This document shows positions 44,822-54,380 of a DNA stretch of 64,000 nt, piece by piece (positions within the stretch are counted from its first letter, which is position 1; each line of letters opens with the position of its first letter). Source of the stretch: Clostridium thermobutyricum. GTDB lineage: Bacteria; Bacillota; Clostridia; Ch29. The notes under the pieces are model-generated. The model searched no databases and had not been told where the DNA came from. It saw only the letters and a program-made list of their open reading frames with translations. Location: positions 20,315-84,314 of the forward strand of contig JAENYD010000009.1 in the NCBI GenBank assembly GCA_016842005.1, given 5' to 3'. Both the position numbers and the translations under genes were made by a program.

Positions 44822-45674
44822 GGCTGCCTCCTTCCAGCCCTGCCAGCTCTAATATCTTCCTGGCCCTGACAACTATGGGCGCATCTATCATCTTTCCATC
44901 CAGAGATACAACCCCTTTGCCCTGCTTTTCTGCTTCCTCTATGGCTTTTATCACCCTCAGGGCATATTCAATTTCTTCGCCGGCAGGGGCGAAAATCTCC
45001 CTGACCACACTGCAATGCCGCGGCGATATCAGGGCCTTACCCTTGAACCCCAGGTCTCTGGCCAGCATGGCATCTTCCCTCAGCCCTTCCATATCGTTCA
45101 CATCCGTAAAAGGCGTATCAATGGCTTCCACCCCTGCAGCAACAGCCGCATTCAGGATACGGCACCGGGCATACATTATCTCCGAACCCTCTTTGGTCCT
45201 CCTGGCACCTATATCTGCGGTATAATCCTCCGCTCCGAAAATCACCGCTTTTATCCTGGGACTGCAGCACAGGATGTCAAAAACCCTTTCAACCCCTTCA
45301 GCGGTTTCTATCAAAGGTATTATTCCTATAGTTTTTTGCCCGTCCTCCGCCTCTTCCAGGGCCTTCTGCACCATTTTCACCGTTTCCGTCCTCTGAGCCT
45401 TAGGCAGTACTATACTGTCCGGGCTTCCTTTGGCTATTTCCGCCACATCCTCTTTCCACTTCGGATAATCCACAGAATTTATCCTTACCGCCTTTTCGCA
45501 ACTGCCGTAATCCACACTTTTCAACGCATTTCTTACAAGTATCCTGGCCGCATCCTTCTCGTCGGGGGATACGGCATCCTCCAGGTCAAAAATTAGGGCA
45601 TCCGCCCCCAGTATGCCCGCATTCTGCACCATTGCAGGATTATTACCGGGCACAAAAATCATGGTAGTCCGCAT
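44814..45674 (-). CDS. citE: Citrate lyase beta chain (citryl-ACP lyase)
   Basis: FVPGNNP, FDLEDAV, VRIN, LPKA, GAEDY, GFKGK, DGKMIDAP. Confidence 0.93.
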   Translation of the reverse strand: MRTTMIFVPGNNPAMVQNAGILGADALIFDLEDAVSPDEKDAARILVRNALKSVDYGSCEKAVRINSVDYPKWKEDVAEIAKGSPDSIVLPKAQRTETVKMVQKALEEAEDGQKTIGIIPLIETAEGVERVFDILCCSPRIKAVIFGAEDYTADIGARRTKEGSEIMYARCRILNAAVAAGVEAIDTPFTDVNDMEGLREDAMLARDLGFKGKALISPRHCSVVREIFAPAGEEIEYALRVIKAIEEAEKQGKGVVSLDGKMIDAPIVVRARKILELAGLEGGSHE

Positions 45675-45690
45675 AGCGCCACCTCCTTCT

Positions 45691-45957
45691 CTACAAACCT
45701 CTTTTAATGGCCGTTTCCACCCTTGCCTTTATCGTACAATCCAGGGCGCCCCTATCCTGTACCAGTATATAAACATCGGTTATCCTGTTCTCCTGCAGTA
45801 CTTCCATTACTGTTTCCCGTATCCTGTCCCCGTACTGATTTTGTACTATGCTATTAATTTCCAGCTTTATACCCTCTTCCCCTTCAAGGGGTCTCATAAT
45901 AACCATGAGGTCATTTGACTCCAGGCTTCCCGCCCTGGCCTCCCGCAAAATTTTCAA
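45691..45957 (-). CDS. citD: Citrate lyase acyl carrier protein (gamma chain)
   Basis: Start reassigned to TTG 45957 (RBS AGGAGGTG); AGSLESND (modified Ser), SIVQNQYG, DRGALDCTIKAR. Confidence 0.92.
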   Translation of the reverse strand: MKILREARAGSLESNDLMVIMRPLEGEEGIKLEINSIVQNQYGDRIRETVMEVLQENRITDVYILVQDRGALDCTIKARVETAIKRGL

Positions 45958-46082
45958 TAGATTCACCTCCTGTATTGGCTCCCGGTCTGTCATCCTGCAC
46001 ATCCTTCCCCCTCCAAAACGGCTCTGCCCCGGGACAGCCATATACATCCTGTCCCTGCAGCAAGCAGTGGAATGCATACAGT

Positions 46083-47129
46083 CTAATGCCGGGAACGGGT
46101 GGTTTTTATCCTTTTTATTATCGGATACGCCTGGTCGGACAACAGAAATTCCAGGGTAGTCTCCGGCACAAGCCTTTTCAGCAAATCCCACCTGCCATTC
46201 CTTATGCATTCCCTCACCGTTGAGGCGCTGACCGGCATCCCGTCTATCTCCTTTCTTTCAACCTCAATCAGCTCTATGCCCCAGAACGGCAGCAATCTCT
46301 CCATTGTCCTGTTGTACTGATCTGTTACATTGCAGTAAGGCTCTTTCCCCACATATCTTTTCCTGATACCCAGTGCAGGGGCTATATGTCTTCCAAAAAT
46401 CTCAACGTCCAGAACGGTCTGTGTCTTCACCCGTTCGGCATCCCTGGTAAAGTAGGCGGGAAATGTGGCGGAAGAAATAATATAATCGCCGCCTTCCAGG
46501 ACCCTGACATTTCCCAGGTCTTCGGTCCCCCTTTTCACCAGTTCCAGTCTTGTATGATAGGGGAAAAGAGAGCGATCCTCCTTCACCACAAACACATACA
46601 CGCCGTGGTTCTCTCCGGCTGCCTTCTCTATCAGGTACCGGTGCCCCAGGGTAAAGGGATTACAGTTTACTACAATGGCGGCCGTGTCCTTATCCGGGTC
46701 AAATACCCGCCCTTCCCTGAGCCCGCTGGTATATTTGCCGATACTGAAGCTCCCCCATTCCAGCAGCACCACATGGGGGACCACTCCGGCCACCGTTTTA
46801 AACCCCATTGACGTAAAGATGTCTCCATATACCGGACGTGTATATACAAAAATATGGTCCTCTCCCCTGGCAAGCATTTCCTTAACCAGCGCATCAACAA
46901 GCAGGGATGCGGCACCCTCCCCCTGCACTTCCTTCCTTATGGCTACCTGCTTTATCACCTTTCCGGCAAAGGAGCCGGTACCCACTATCCGGCCGTCCCT
47001 TTCCAATACCACCGTATACTGGGTATCTTCATCAAATCCCAGCCCCTGTTCCCTGAGAAAGGCAACTATCTCCTGCCTGCGCTCATCATTCTTTATATCT
47101 GCTGCCCGGATGGTATAATCCATATACAT
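46083..47129 (-). CDS. citC: [Citrate (pro-3S)-lyase] ligase
   Basis: Start reassigned to ATG 47129; N-terminal GNAT domain, VNCNPFTLGHRYL, YIISSATFPAYF, PVSASTVR. Confidence 0.94.
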   Translation of the reverse strand: MYMDYTIRAADIKNDERRQEIVAFLREQGLGFDEDTQYTVVLERDGRIVGTGSFAGKVIKQVAIRKEVQGEGAASLLVDALVKEMLARGEDHIFVYTRPVYGDIFTSMGFKTVAGVVPHVVLLEWGSFSIGKYTSGLREGRVFDPDKDTAAIVVNCNPFTLGHRYLIEKAAGENHGVYVFVVKEDRSLFPYHTRLELVKRGTEDLGNVRVLEGGDYIISSATFPAYFTRDAERVKTQTVLDVEIFGRHIAPALGIRKRYVGKEPYCNVTDQYNRTMERLLPFWGIELIEVERKEIDGMPVSASTVRECIRNGRWDLLKRLVPETTLEFLLSDQAYPIIKRIKTTRSRH

Positions 47130-47263
47130 CTTGCCAAACCCCTCCTTCGTTCGGAGACATTCCTTGAATTCCACTTTTATGGCAAGGGGCATTTCGTTTG
47201 CCAACTTTTTGTTACCTTTGCCACGTCTTCAAATAGGTCAGGGCCCTTAAAGGGCCCCCTCTA

Positions 47264-48550
47264 TCAACCTGCCAGCAACGGGACGATAATTCCCGCTATT
47301 ATAAGCATTAGAGCCCCTCCCAGCCTGGATGAAATCTGACCGAAGGGCATAAGCTCCATCCTGTTGGAAGCGGACAGTACCGCTACATCTCCCGTTCCTC
47401 CCATGTTTGCCATACAGAGGCCTGCCGTTATGGCTGATTCAATGGGATAAAACCCTACAAATCTGCCGGCAATACCGGCGCCGAGTATAGCACCTATTAC
47501 CACTACCGCGTCTATTATGACATATTGAACAGTAACCGCTTCAAGGACGGTTTTCAGGTCTGTATAAACAACCCCTACCCCTATGAGCAATGCCAGGGTC
47601 AAATTCTTGGCTACAAACCTGTACCACTGGTGACACCCTTCCTGTACATATCCGGGCACCAGGTTGAATATCTTGCATATGGCCACCGAGATTATCATCA
47701 GGGCGTACGCGTGTATGGGTATGAACCTGGCAAGTATTAATCCCACTATAAAGAAGGTTGTTGCCGCAAAAAGCCCGGCACCCATCTTAACAATATCAAA
47801 GGCACCGTCCTCTTTCTTCTCGTATTCAAACCCCGTCATTATCTGACCGTTTCCTGTCCAGTCCGGCCTGGATTTGCCCAGTCGATCCAGTAGTCCTGCC
47901 GCCACTATGGCAAAGACATTCCCGAGGGCGAGGGCGGGGACGAGCACCGATATATAGTACTCGGCATCCCTCCCTAAAAAGTTGGAATATATCTGGGACA
48001 TGGGAACAGCTCCCGCACCCATGCCGCCGCCCATAATAGGCATGGCTATATTGGTTATTGCTTCCTTCCATCCGTACCCGATTACACCCCCTGCCACTGC
48101 AGCCAGGCCCAGACTGGCAATAACGCCCGCTATAAGGGGAACGGCATACCGGGCCCCTGCTTTTATCAGCAGTTTGGCATCCATCCCCAGTATACTGCCG
48201 CAGATCAGGGCAGCGATGTAGAAATTGAGGAACCCTCCCCCTTTCATGAAATCAGTAACCACATTTATTGTCCCCTCCGGCATCGCACCAATGTAAACCA
48301 TGAAGGCACTGCCGAAAATGGCTACTATGGGACCGCCTCCCAGGTAATCCTTCACTATGGGAATATTGTCTCCCAGCAGCCCTGCAATAGCCCCAAGGGC
48401 TATCATGTAGGCAAAGGCCCCTATCATTCCGCCCGGTAATATACCTGCATAAGAAGAAATAATTACAATCACACTGGCAACAGCAAAAAACCAGGCAGGC
48501 ATCCCTATGATTTTAAACCCTTTCTTCTCCAAAGCTTCGCTTTGTTTCAT
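47264..48550 (-). CDS. 2-hydroxycarboxylate transporter (CitS/MaeN/CimH family; probable citrate symporter)
   Basis: YIAALICGSILGM, PIMGGGMGAGAVPMS, GLCMANMGGTGDVAVL, QISSRLGG. Confidence 0.92.
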   Translation of the reverse strand: MKQSEALEKKGFKIIGMPAWFFAVASVIVIISSYAGILPGGMIGAFAYMIALGAIAGLLGDNIPIVKDYLGGGPIVAIFGSAFMVYIGAMPEGTINVVTDFMKGGGFLNFYIAALICGSILGMDAKLLIKAGARYAVPLIAGVIASLGLAAVAGGVIGYGWKEAITNIAMPIMGGGMGAGAVPMSQIYSNFLGRDAEYYISVLVPALALGNVFAIVAAGLLDRLGKSRPDWTGNGQIMTGFEYEKKEDGAFDIVKMGAGLFAATTFFIVGLILARFIPIHAYALMIISVAICKIFNLVPGYVQEGCHQWYRFVAKNLTLALLIGVGVVYTDLKTVLEAVTVQYVIIDAVVVIGAILGAGIAGRFVGFYPIESAITAGLCMANMGGTGDVAVLSASNRMELMPFGQISSRLGGALMLIIAGIIVPLLAG

Positions 48551-48581
48551 TCTATCCCTCCTGTATTCTGTGTTTGGCTTG

Positions 48582-48647
48582 ATTATACAGAAGTCAAAAA
48601 TATTCTCAATATTGTGTAAATATAATTAATATTGTTCATATTGTTCA
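48582..48647 (-). promoter_or_regulatory. Transporter promoter with upstream direct repeats (candidate CitB-type operator)
   Basis: On - strand TTGAGA-16 nt-TATAAT (48609-48582); tandem ATATTGTTC x2 at 48629-48646 in the divergent intergenic region. Confidence 0.45.
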
Positions 48648-48731
48648 TTAAAACCACAGCCGGATTTAAAGGATTCACGCCGGAGAAAAAGAAAATAATA
48701 CATAACAGCAATATAAACAGATTATTAAAGG

Positions 48732-50345
48732 ATGAACACCATGTCAGCAAAAAGAAAAAAATATATGCCTCTCCAGACCAAAATCCAGATCCTGATAATC
48801 GTAGTAATAATGGTATCCCTTATATCCGGGGAATACATGATAGCCAACTACATTGCCGGTGAAATGGAAGACCAGATAGGGCAAAGGGCCCTGGCTATCG
48901 CCCGGTCAGTGTCCCAGATGCCCGAAATACAGAAGAATCTCCTGTCTCCTTCCGGATACAGGAAAATCGACCCCCTGGTGGGCAAAATCAGGAATACTAC
49001 CGGGACGGAATTTATAGTCGTAATAGATATGGAAGGCGTAAGATACTCCCATCCCGTCAAGGAACGCATCGGGGAGAAAATAGTAGGAGGGGATGAAGGC
49101 CCGGTGCTGGAAGGAAGGGAATATACCTCCAAAGCAATAGGAACCCTGGGTCCTTCCCTGAGGGCTTTTGTTCCCATATACCATGATGGTGAACAGGTGG
49201 GAGCGGTAGTGGTGGGCATCCTGCTCACCGATGTTGAAAAGGCCATTGACCAGGTTGAGAATAATATTAATCTTGCCATATTCGTAACCATACTGCTGGG
49301 ACTTATCGGCGCAATAATACTGTCAAATAATATAAAGAAAGGCCTTTTCGGTATGGAACCCATAGAGATAGCCGCCCTTTTCGAAGTAAGGGAAGCCATT
49401 CTCCGTTCAGTAAAAGAAGGCATTATAGCCATAGATGAAACCCGCAGAATCAATCTGATCAACCATGAGGCGAAAAAACTGTTGAATATTGATGGAGATG
49501 TACTGGGGAAACCGGCTGAGGAGGTCATACCCAACACCCGCCTTCCCGAAGTCCTGGAGACCGGCATGCCCCAGATTGACCGGGAGCAGCTCTTGAACGA
49601 CAGGAAAATTTTGACCAACCGGATACCCATTAAGGTGAAAGGCCATGTGGTTGGCGCTGTGGCCAGTTTCCGGGATATGACCGAGATAAAAAGGCTGGCG
49701 GAAGAGCTGACAGGGGTAAAGGAGTATGCGGAAGCCCTCAGGGCTCAAAGTCATGAGTTCAAAAACAAACTCCACACCATATCCGGTCTTATTCAATTAC
49801 AGAGATATGACCAGGTGGTGGACTATGTAACCGCTACCCAGACAAAACACAAAAATAGCGTGGACATGCTGATAAACCGGATAAAAGACCCTTATATAGG
49901 CGGACTGCTGTTCGGCAAGATAGCCCTGGCCTCTGAAAAGGGCATTAAAATCGCTATCGACGAAAAAAGTAATCTTCCCAGCCTCCCGCCATCCCTCTCG
50001 GGGTCACTGGTATTAATCCTGGGCAATCTGCTTCAGAACGCCATTGAAGCTGTTGAAACACAGGATAACCCTGACAGAAGGGTGGTAAGCCTGTCCATAT
50101 TCTACAACAGGAACGACATTGTCATCACAATTGAAGACAGAGGTTCGGGTATTCCCGGGGATGCGGGAAAAAGGATCTTTGAAAAGGGATTCTCAACCAA
50201 AGGCCACAACAACAAAGGCCTTGGATTATCCCTTATCAATGAGCAACTGCAAACACTGAATGGAATAATTGATGTGCACACAGAAAAAAATAAGGGAACA
50301 ACCTTTACAGTGACAATTCCGCATGAAGCGGACGAGGGGGTGTAA
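48732..50345 (+). CDS. CitA/DcuS-family sensor histidine kinase
   Basis: Two TM segments, sCache FIVV.D..GVRYSHP, GTLGPSLR, PAS domain, LRAQSHEFKNKLH, GNLLQNA, GFSTKG. Confidence 0.92.
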   Translation: MNTMSAKRKKYMPLQTKIQILIIVVIMVSLISGEYMIANYIAGEMEDQIGQRALAIARSVSQMPEIQKNLLSPSGYRKIDPLVGKIRNTTGTEFIVVIDMEGVRYSHPVKERIGEKIVGGDEGPVLEGREYTSKAIGTLGPSLRAFVPIYHDGEQVGAVVVGILLTDVEKAIDQVENNINLAIFVTILLGLIGAIILSNNIKKGLFGMEPIEIAALFEVREAILRSVKEGIIAIDETRRINLINHEAKKLLNIDGDVLGKPAEEVIPNTRLPEVLETGMPQIDREQLLNDRKILTNRIPIKVKGHVVGAVASFRDMTEIKRLAEELTGVKEYAEALRAQSHEFKNKLHTISGLIQLQRYDQVVDYVTATQTKHKNSVDMLINRIKDPYIGGLLFGKIALASEKGIKIAIDEKSNLPSLPPSLSGSLVLILGNLLQNAIEAVETQDNPDRRVVSLSIFYNRNDIVITIEDRGSGIPGDAGKRIFEKGFSTKGHNNKGLGLSLINEQLQTLNGIIDVHTEKNKGTTFTVTIPHEADEGV

Positions 50346-50348
50346 AGA

Positions 50349-51050
50349 GTGTCCGCAATAAGAGTGGTTATCGTTGAAGACGACCCTATGGTAATAGAGA
50401 TTAACAGGAGCTTTGTACAGGAGGTACCGGGTTTTGAAATCGTCGGGGAGGCAAAAACCGGTAAGCAGGGATTGAAGATCGTCAATAACCTGAATCCCGA
50501 CCTGATTTTAGTGGATATCTTCATGCCTGAGATGGACGGCCTGGAATTCATCGAAAGAATAAGGGAGAACAGGGCAGATGCGGATATAATTGTAATCTCT
50601 GCTTCCGACCAGCCCGACCATCTACAGAAATGCATGAGATACGGAATAATTGACTACCTCATTAAGCCTTTCAAAAAAGAACGTCTTGCCCATGCCCTGA
50701 AAAGCTACCTGAAGATAAAGAGAAACCTCGAAGAACAGGATAAAATAAGCCAGGAAATAATCGACAGTTTTGTTTCACCGGTGTCAGCCCCTTCGCAAAA
50801 CTCCCTACCCAAAGGCTTAAACCTTATAACCTTTGATAAGATAAAAACCCTTTTAAAAACAAATCAGCGGTATTATACCGCCGATGAGGTTGCAGCAGAA
50901 ATAGGCGTGTCCAGGGTAACCGCCCGCCGATACCTGGAATATCTGAGTGAAACCGGTGAAGCTGTTATTAATATTGAATACGGAAGTGTGGGAAGACCCC
51001 TCAAGAAGTATCGGGCGAAATTTGCTTCAGATAGCGGTTCTTCCATCTGA
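50349..51050 (+). CDS. CitB/DcuR-family response regulator
   Basis: VEDDPMV, LVDIFMP, DYLIKPF, LPKGL, SRVTARRYLEYL, YGSVGRP. Confidence 0.92.
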   Translation: MSAIRVVIVEDDPMVIEINRSFVQEVPGFEIVGEAKTGKQGLKIVNNLNPDLILVDIFMPEMDGLEFIERIRENRADADIIVISASDQPDHLQKCMRYGIIDYLIKPFKKERLAHALKSYLKIKRNLEEQDKISQEIIDSFVSPVSAPSQNSLPKGLNLITFDKIKTLLKTNQRYYTADEVAAEIGVSRVTARRYLEYLSETGEAVINIEYGSVGRPLKKYRAKFASDSGSSI

Positions 51051-51076
51051 AGCTTACGCAACCAATTTTTGATTTT

Positions 51077-51481
51077 TTATAAGAAAAATGGGTTTAACAA
51101 TTTTAACCCAAAATCAAGTAAATGTCTGAAATCGTCTTCATTTCGAGTTACTAGCGTAGCAGCATGTTCTATAGCAGTGGCAGCAATTAGTGCGTCTGGT
51201 AATTTTAGTGAACGGTTGCAATTGGATTTACTTACCCGCCGGAGTTCTCCCGCTTTAAGAGCAACCGTTGAATTTACTTCTATAATTTCTCCTAAATCCA
51301 GTATGCTTCTTAAATCATGAATATCTTCTTCTGTAAGCTTCAAAGATGAAAATAACTCTGCTTCTACAATTACCGAATATACTATGCCATTATTCTGAGC
51401 TTTCTTCATGAAATTTACTGCCGGCTCAAGCCCGTTCATTGTATAAACAATAATATTCGTATCCACACAGTACTTAGTCAA
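51077..51481 (-). CDS. vapC: PIN-domain (VapC) toxin
   Basis: CVDTNII, EAEL, LPDALIAATA, LVTRNEDDF; overlaps the antitoxin stop. Confidence 0.9.
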   Translation of the reverse strand: MTKYCVDTNIIVYTMNGLEPAVNFMKKAQNNGIVYSVIVEAELFSSLKLTEEDIHDLRSILDLGEIIEVNSTVALKAGELRRVSKSNCNRSLKLPDALIAATAIEHAATLVTRNEDDFRHLLDFGLKLLNPFFL

Positions 51482-51734
51482 GCTCTGGAACCTCCCTGTC
51501 TTCTTTCCGGCGCATGCTTAAAATATCTGCAACAATGTCAGGGCGGTTTTCCCATTTACCGGCAACTTTTTCGATAATTCCTTCCGGTTTATTCTTTTTA
51601 ATAACTTTTAAAATAATTTTATTTTTATCCGGGATCACCTCAACCAAATCCCCTGGTTTAATATCCGTACCACGCAATATCTTCTTAATGGAAATACGAC
51701 CCTGGGGGTCTACCTTTTCCCTAATAGTAGGCAT
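51474..51734 (-). CDS. AbrB/MazE/SpoVT-fold antitoxin
   Basis: ATG 51734 with RBS GAGGAGGTG; KVDPQGRISI..IKPGDLVEV..KIIL, acidic tail; directly upstream of the PIN gene. Confidence 0.85.
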   Translation of the reverse strand: MPTIREKVDPQGRISIKKILRGTDIKPGDLVEVIPDKNKIILKVIKKNKPEGIIEKVAGKWENRPDIVADILSMRRKEDREVPELD

Positions 51735-51889
51735 CAAAAAGCACCTCCTCTTCTCATAGTATAACATTAAATGAGGTATTTGCCACGAAAATTGTATCTA
51801 TTCAGTACGATAATATTTTTACTATTTCCGAAAAAGGCTGCCAGCCTTATGTATTGTGAGGCAGGCGACTGTACATATCCACATAATGA

Positions 51890-53176
51890 TTAAAAAGTCA
51901 TCTTCTTGATCAGGCTTACAAACTGCGCATTATCCTTTGTCATCATAAGCCTGTTGATGAGGGTCTCGGTAATCTCCGCTGTCTGGGCGGAGCTGAGGGC
52001 CTTACGGATATACCATACAGCCTCCAGTTCTTCCTGGCTGAGCAGCAGTTCCTCCCTCCTGGTTCCCGATTTATGCATGTTTACCGCCGGGAATATCCTT
52101 CTCTCCGAGAGTTTCCTGTCCAGGTGGATTTCCATATTGCCGGTGCCTTTGAATTCTTCGTATATGACATCATCCATACGGCTGCCGGTCTCAATAAGGG
52201 CAGTGGCCAGAATGGTAAGACTGCCGCCTTCCTCTATATTTCGGGCAGCCCCGAAGAACCTCTTGGGTTTATGAAGGGCACCGGGGTCCAGTCCCCCTGA
52301 AAGGCTTCTCCCCGTGGGGGGGATCGTCAGGTTGTAGGCCCTGGCCAGCCTTGTTATACTGTCCAGCAGGATTATTACGTCCTTTTTCTGCTCTACCAGG
52401 CGCTGGGCCCTTTCCAGCACCATTTCGGCAACCCTTATATGATGTTCGGGCAGCTCGTCAAAAGTGGAATAAATAACGTCTCCGTCAATGGAGCGCTGCA
52501 TATCGGTCACTTCTTCGGGTCTTTCGTCTATTAACAGCACTATCACTTCCAGATTGGGATGATTTTTTGTAATACTGTTGGCTATCTTCTGGAGTAATAT
52601 TGTTTTTCCGGCCTTTGGCGGTGACACGATAAGTCCCCTCTGTCCCATACCTACGGGAGCAATGAGGTCTATAATACGGGTGGAAAGATCGGTGGGAGAA
52701 TATTCGAGAGAAAGCCTGCTGTTGGGATATATGGGGGTAAGATTATCGAAATTGGGCCTTCTTGCGGCTGTTTCAGGCGTCTCTCCGTTCACGGACTCCA
52801 CAAAAAGCAAAGCCTGATATTTCTCAGCCTCTTTTGCAGCCCTTGTCTTTCCTGTTATTAAATCTCCTGTTTTCAGGTTGAATTTTCTTATCTGTGAAGG
52901 GGAAACGTAGACATCGTTGGGACCTGGCAGGTAATTTGAAGAACGGAGAAAACCGTATCCGTCCGGCAGAACTTCCAGAACTCCTTCAGCTAAATCCGGT
53001 TCTGCAAGGTCTTCAATCTGTTTGAGCTTCTCTTCTCTGTGCTTTTCCACTTGCTTTTCGAGAATAAGTTCTATAAGCTGGGATTTCCTGTAAGTTGTGG
53101 ACCCTTTTATGCCCAGGTCCCTGGCAATATCTCTCAGCTCGGAAATGGTCTTATTCTCTAATTCCGAATGATTCAA
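51890..53176 (-). CDS. rho: Transcription termination factor Rho
   Basis: [58 protein letters not shown]. Confidence 0.98.
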   Translation of the reverse strand: MNHSELENKTISELRDIARDLGIKGSTTYRKSQLIELILEKQVEKHREEKLKQIEDLAEPDLAEGVLEVLPDGYGFLRSSNYLPGPNDVYVSPSQIRKFNLKTGDLITGKTRAAKEAEKYQALLFVESVNGETPETAARRPNFDNLTPIYPNSRLSLEYSPTDLSTRIIDLIAPVGMGQRGLIVSPPKAGKTILLQKIANSITKNHPNLEVIVLLIDERPEEVTDMQRSIDGDVIYSTFDELPEHHIRVAEMVLERAQRLVEQKKDVIILLDSITRLARAYNLTIPPTGRSLSGGLDPGALHKPKRFFGAARNIEEGGSLTILATALIETGSRMDDVIYEEFKGTGNMEIHLDRKLSERRIFPAVNMHKSGTRREELLLSQEELEAVWYIRKALSSAQTAEITETLINRLMMTKDNAQFVSLIKKMTF

Positions 53177-53305
53177 ATATTCGCACCTCCATTTTTATAC
53201 TCATCCATGCAGCGTTTAATAATAGGCAACACCTTCGGCTTATTAAAGTATATACTACAATATACCACAATTATACTCAAAATTACAAGTATTTCGGAAA
53301 CTAAT

Positions 53306-53355
53306 ATGATTATATTGAAACGGAGCCTGTCCAGGCTCCGTTTCAATATAATCAT
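53306..53355. repeat. Perfect 24-bp inverted repeat between glpX and rho
   Basis: ATGATTATATTGAAACGGAGCCTG-TC-CAGGCTCCGTTTCAATATAATCAT. Confidence 0.85.
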
Positions 53356-54326
53356 TAAATGGCGTAATCAGGCTTTTTGTCCAGCCTGTGGATGGCCTCA
53401 ATAAACCTTATGGTGCCGGTTTCGGCCCTCATAATTACCGAATGGGTCCTGGCCTTGTTGTTCCCGTAATAAACCACTCCCCTGAGCAGTTCCCCGTCCG
53501 AGACCCCGGTGGCTGCAAAAAAGGCCTCATTACTCTTCACCAGGTCATTGAGATAGAACACCCTGTTCATATCTTCTATGCCCATTTTCAGGCATCTTTC
53601 CTTTTCTTCCTGGCTGTATGCAACCAGCCTGCCCTGGAAGTCGCCTCCCAGGCATTTCATGGCCACAGCGGCTATAACCCCTTCCGGGGCCCCTCCGATA
53701 CCCAGAAGCATATCAACACCTGTGTGCTCGAAGCCTGTAGCTATGGCAGCGGCAACATCCCCGTCTCCGAACAGCTTTATCCGGGCCCCCATTGTTCTTA
53801 TCCTGGCAATAGTCTTTTCATGTCTCGGTCTGTCCAGCATGGTTATGGTCAGATCGGATATATCCTTATCCAGGGCCTTGCTCAGATTCCTTATATTGTC
53901 TTCCAGGGGGGCGGTAATGTCTACAACCCCTTTACCCTTGGGTCCCACTGCCAGTTTGTCCATATACATGTCCGGGGCGTGAAGGAGGCATCCTTCGGGG
54001 GCCAGGGCCACCACCGCTATGGCATTGGGCCGCCCTTTGGCTATAAGATTGGTGCCGTCCAGGGGGTCCACGGCAATGTCAACCTTCGGGGCATCCCCGT
54101 CCCGGCAGCCGATTTTCTCTCCTATGTAAAGCATGGGGGCCTCATCCATCTCCCCCTCCCCGATAACCACTGTCCCTTCGATGCACAGTGTATCGAACAT
54201 CTGCCTCATCCCGTCCACTGCCGCCTGGTCAGCTGCATTCTTGTCGCCCCTGCCCATGTATTTAGCTGCCCTCAAAGCGGCGGTTTCGGTAACCCTCACA
54301 AGATTTAAAGCAAGGTCTCTATTCAT
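53355..54326 (-). CDS. glpX: Fructose-1,6-bisphosphatase class II
   Basis: RVTETAA, VIGEGEMDEAPML, DPLDGT, APDMYM, DRPRH, DGDV, GGAPEGV. Confidence 0.96.
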   Translation of the reverse strand: MNRDLALNLVRVTETAALRAAKYMGRGDKNAADQAAVDGMRQMFDTLCIEGTVVIGEGEMDEAPMLYIGEKIGCRDGDAPKVDIAVDPLDGTNLIAKGRPNAIAVVALAPEGCLLHAPDMYMDKLAVGPKGKGVVDITAPLEDNIRNLSKALDKDISDLTITMLDRPRHEKTIARIRTMGARIKLFGDGDVAAAIATGFEHTGVDMLLGIGGAPEGVIAAVAMKCLGGDFQGRLVAYSQEEKERCLKMGIEDMNRVFYLNDLVKSNEAFFAATGVSDGELLRGVVYYGNNKARTHSVIMRAETGTIRFIEAIHRLDKKPDYAI

Positions 54327-54342
54327 CAAATTCACCCTCCTC

Positions 54343-54372
54343 AAAAAATGGCCCGGGATTGCTCCCGGTCAT
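54343..54372 (-). terminator. Terminator-like hairpin between fsa and glpX
   Basis: On - strand ATGACCGGGA-GCAA-TCCCGGGCCAT-TTTTT. Confidence 0.55.
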
Positions 54373-54380
54373 CTGACTTC

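Noticed and set aside
45958-46209. N-terminal extension of CitD to 172 aa
   Set aside because: It overlaps the citC 3' end; the ACP homology and a strong RBS start at TTG 45957.
53168-53404. Two small ORFs on opposite strands sharing MIILKRSL..LRFNII
   Set aside because: The shared peptide is just the 24-bp palindrome read in both directions; no RBS support.
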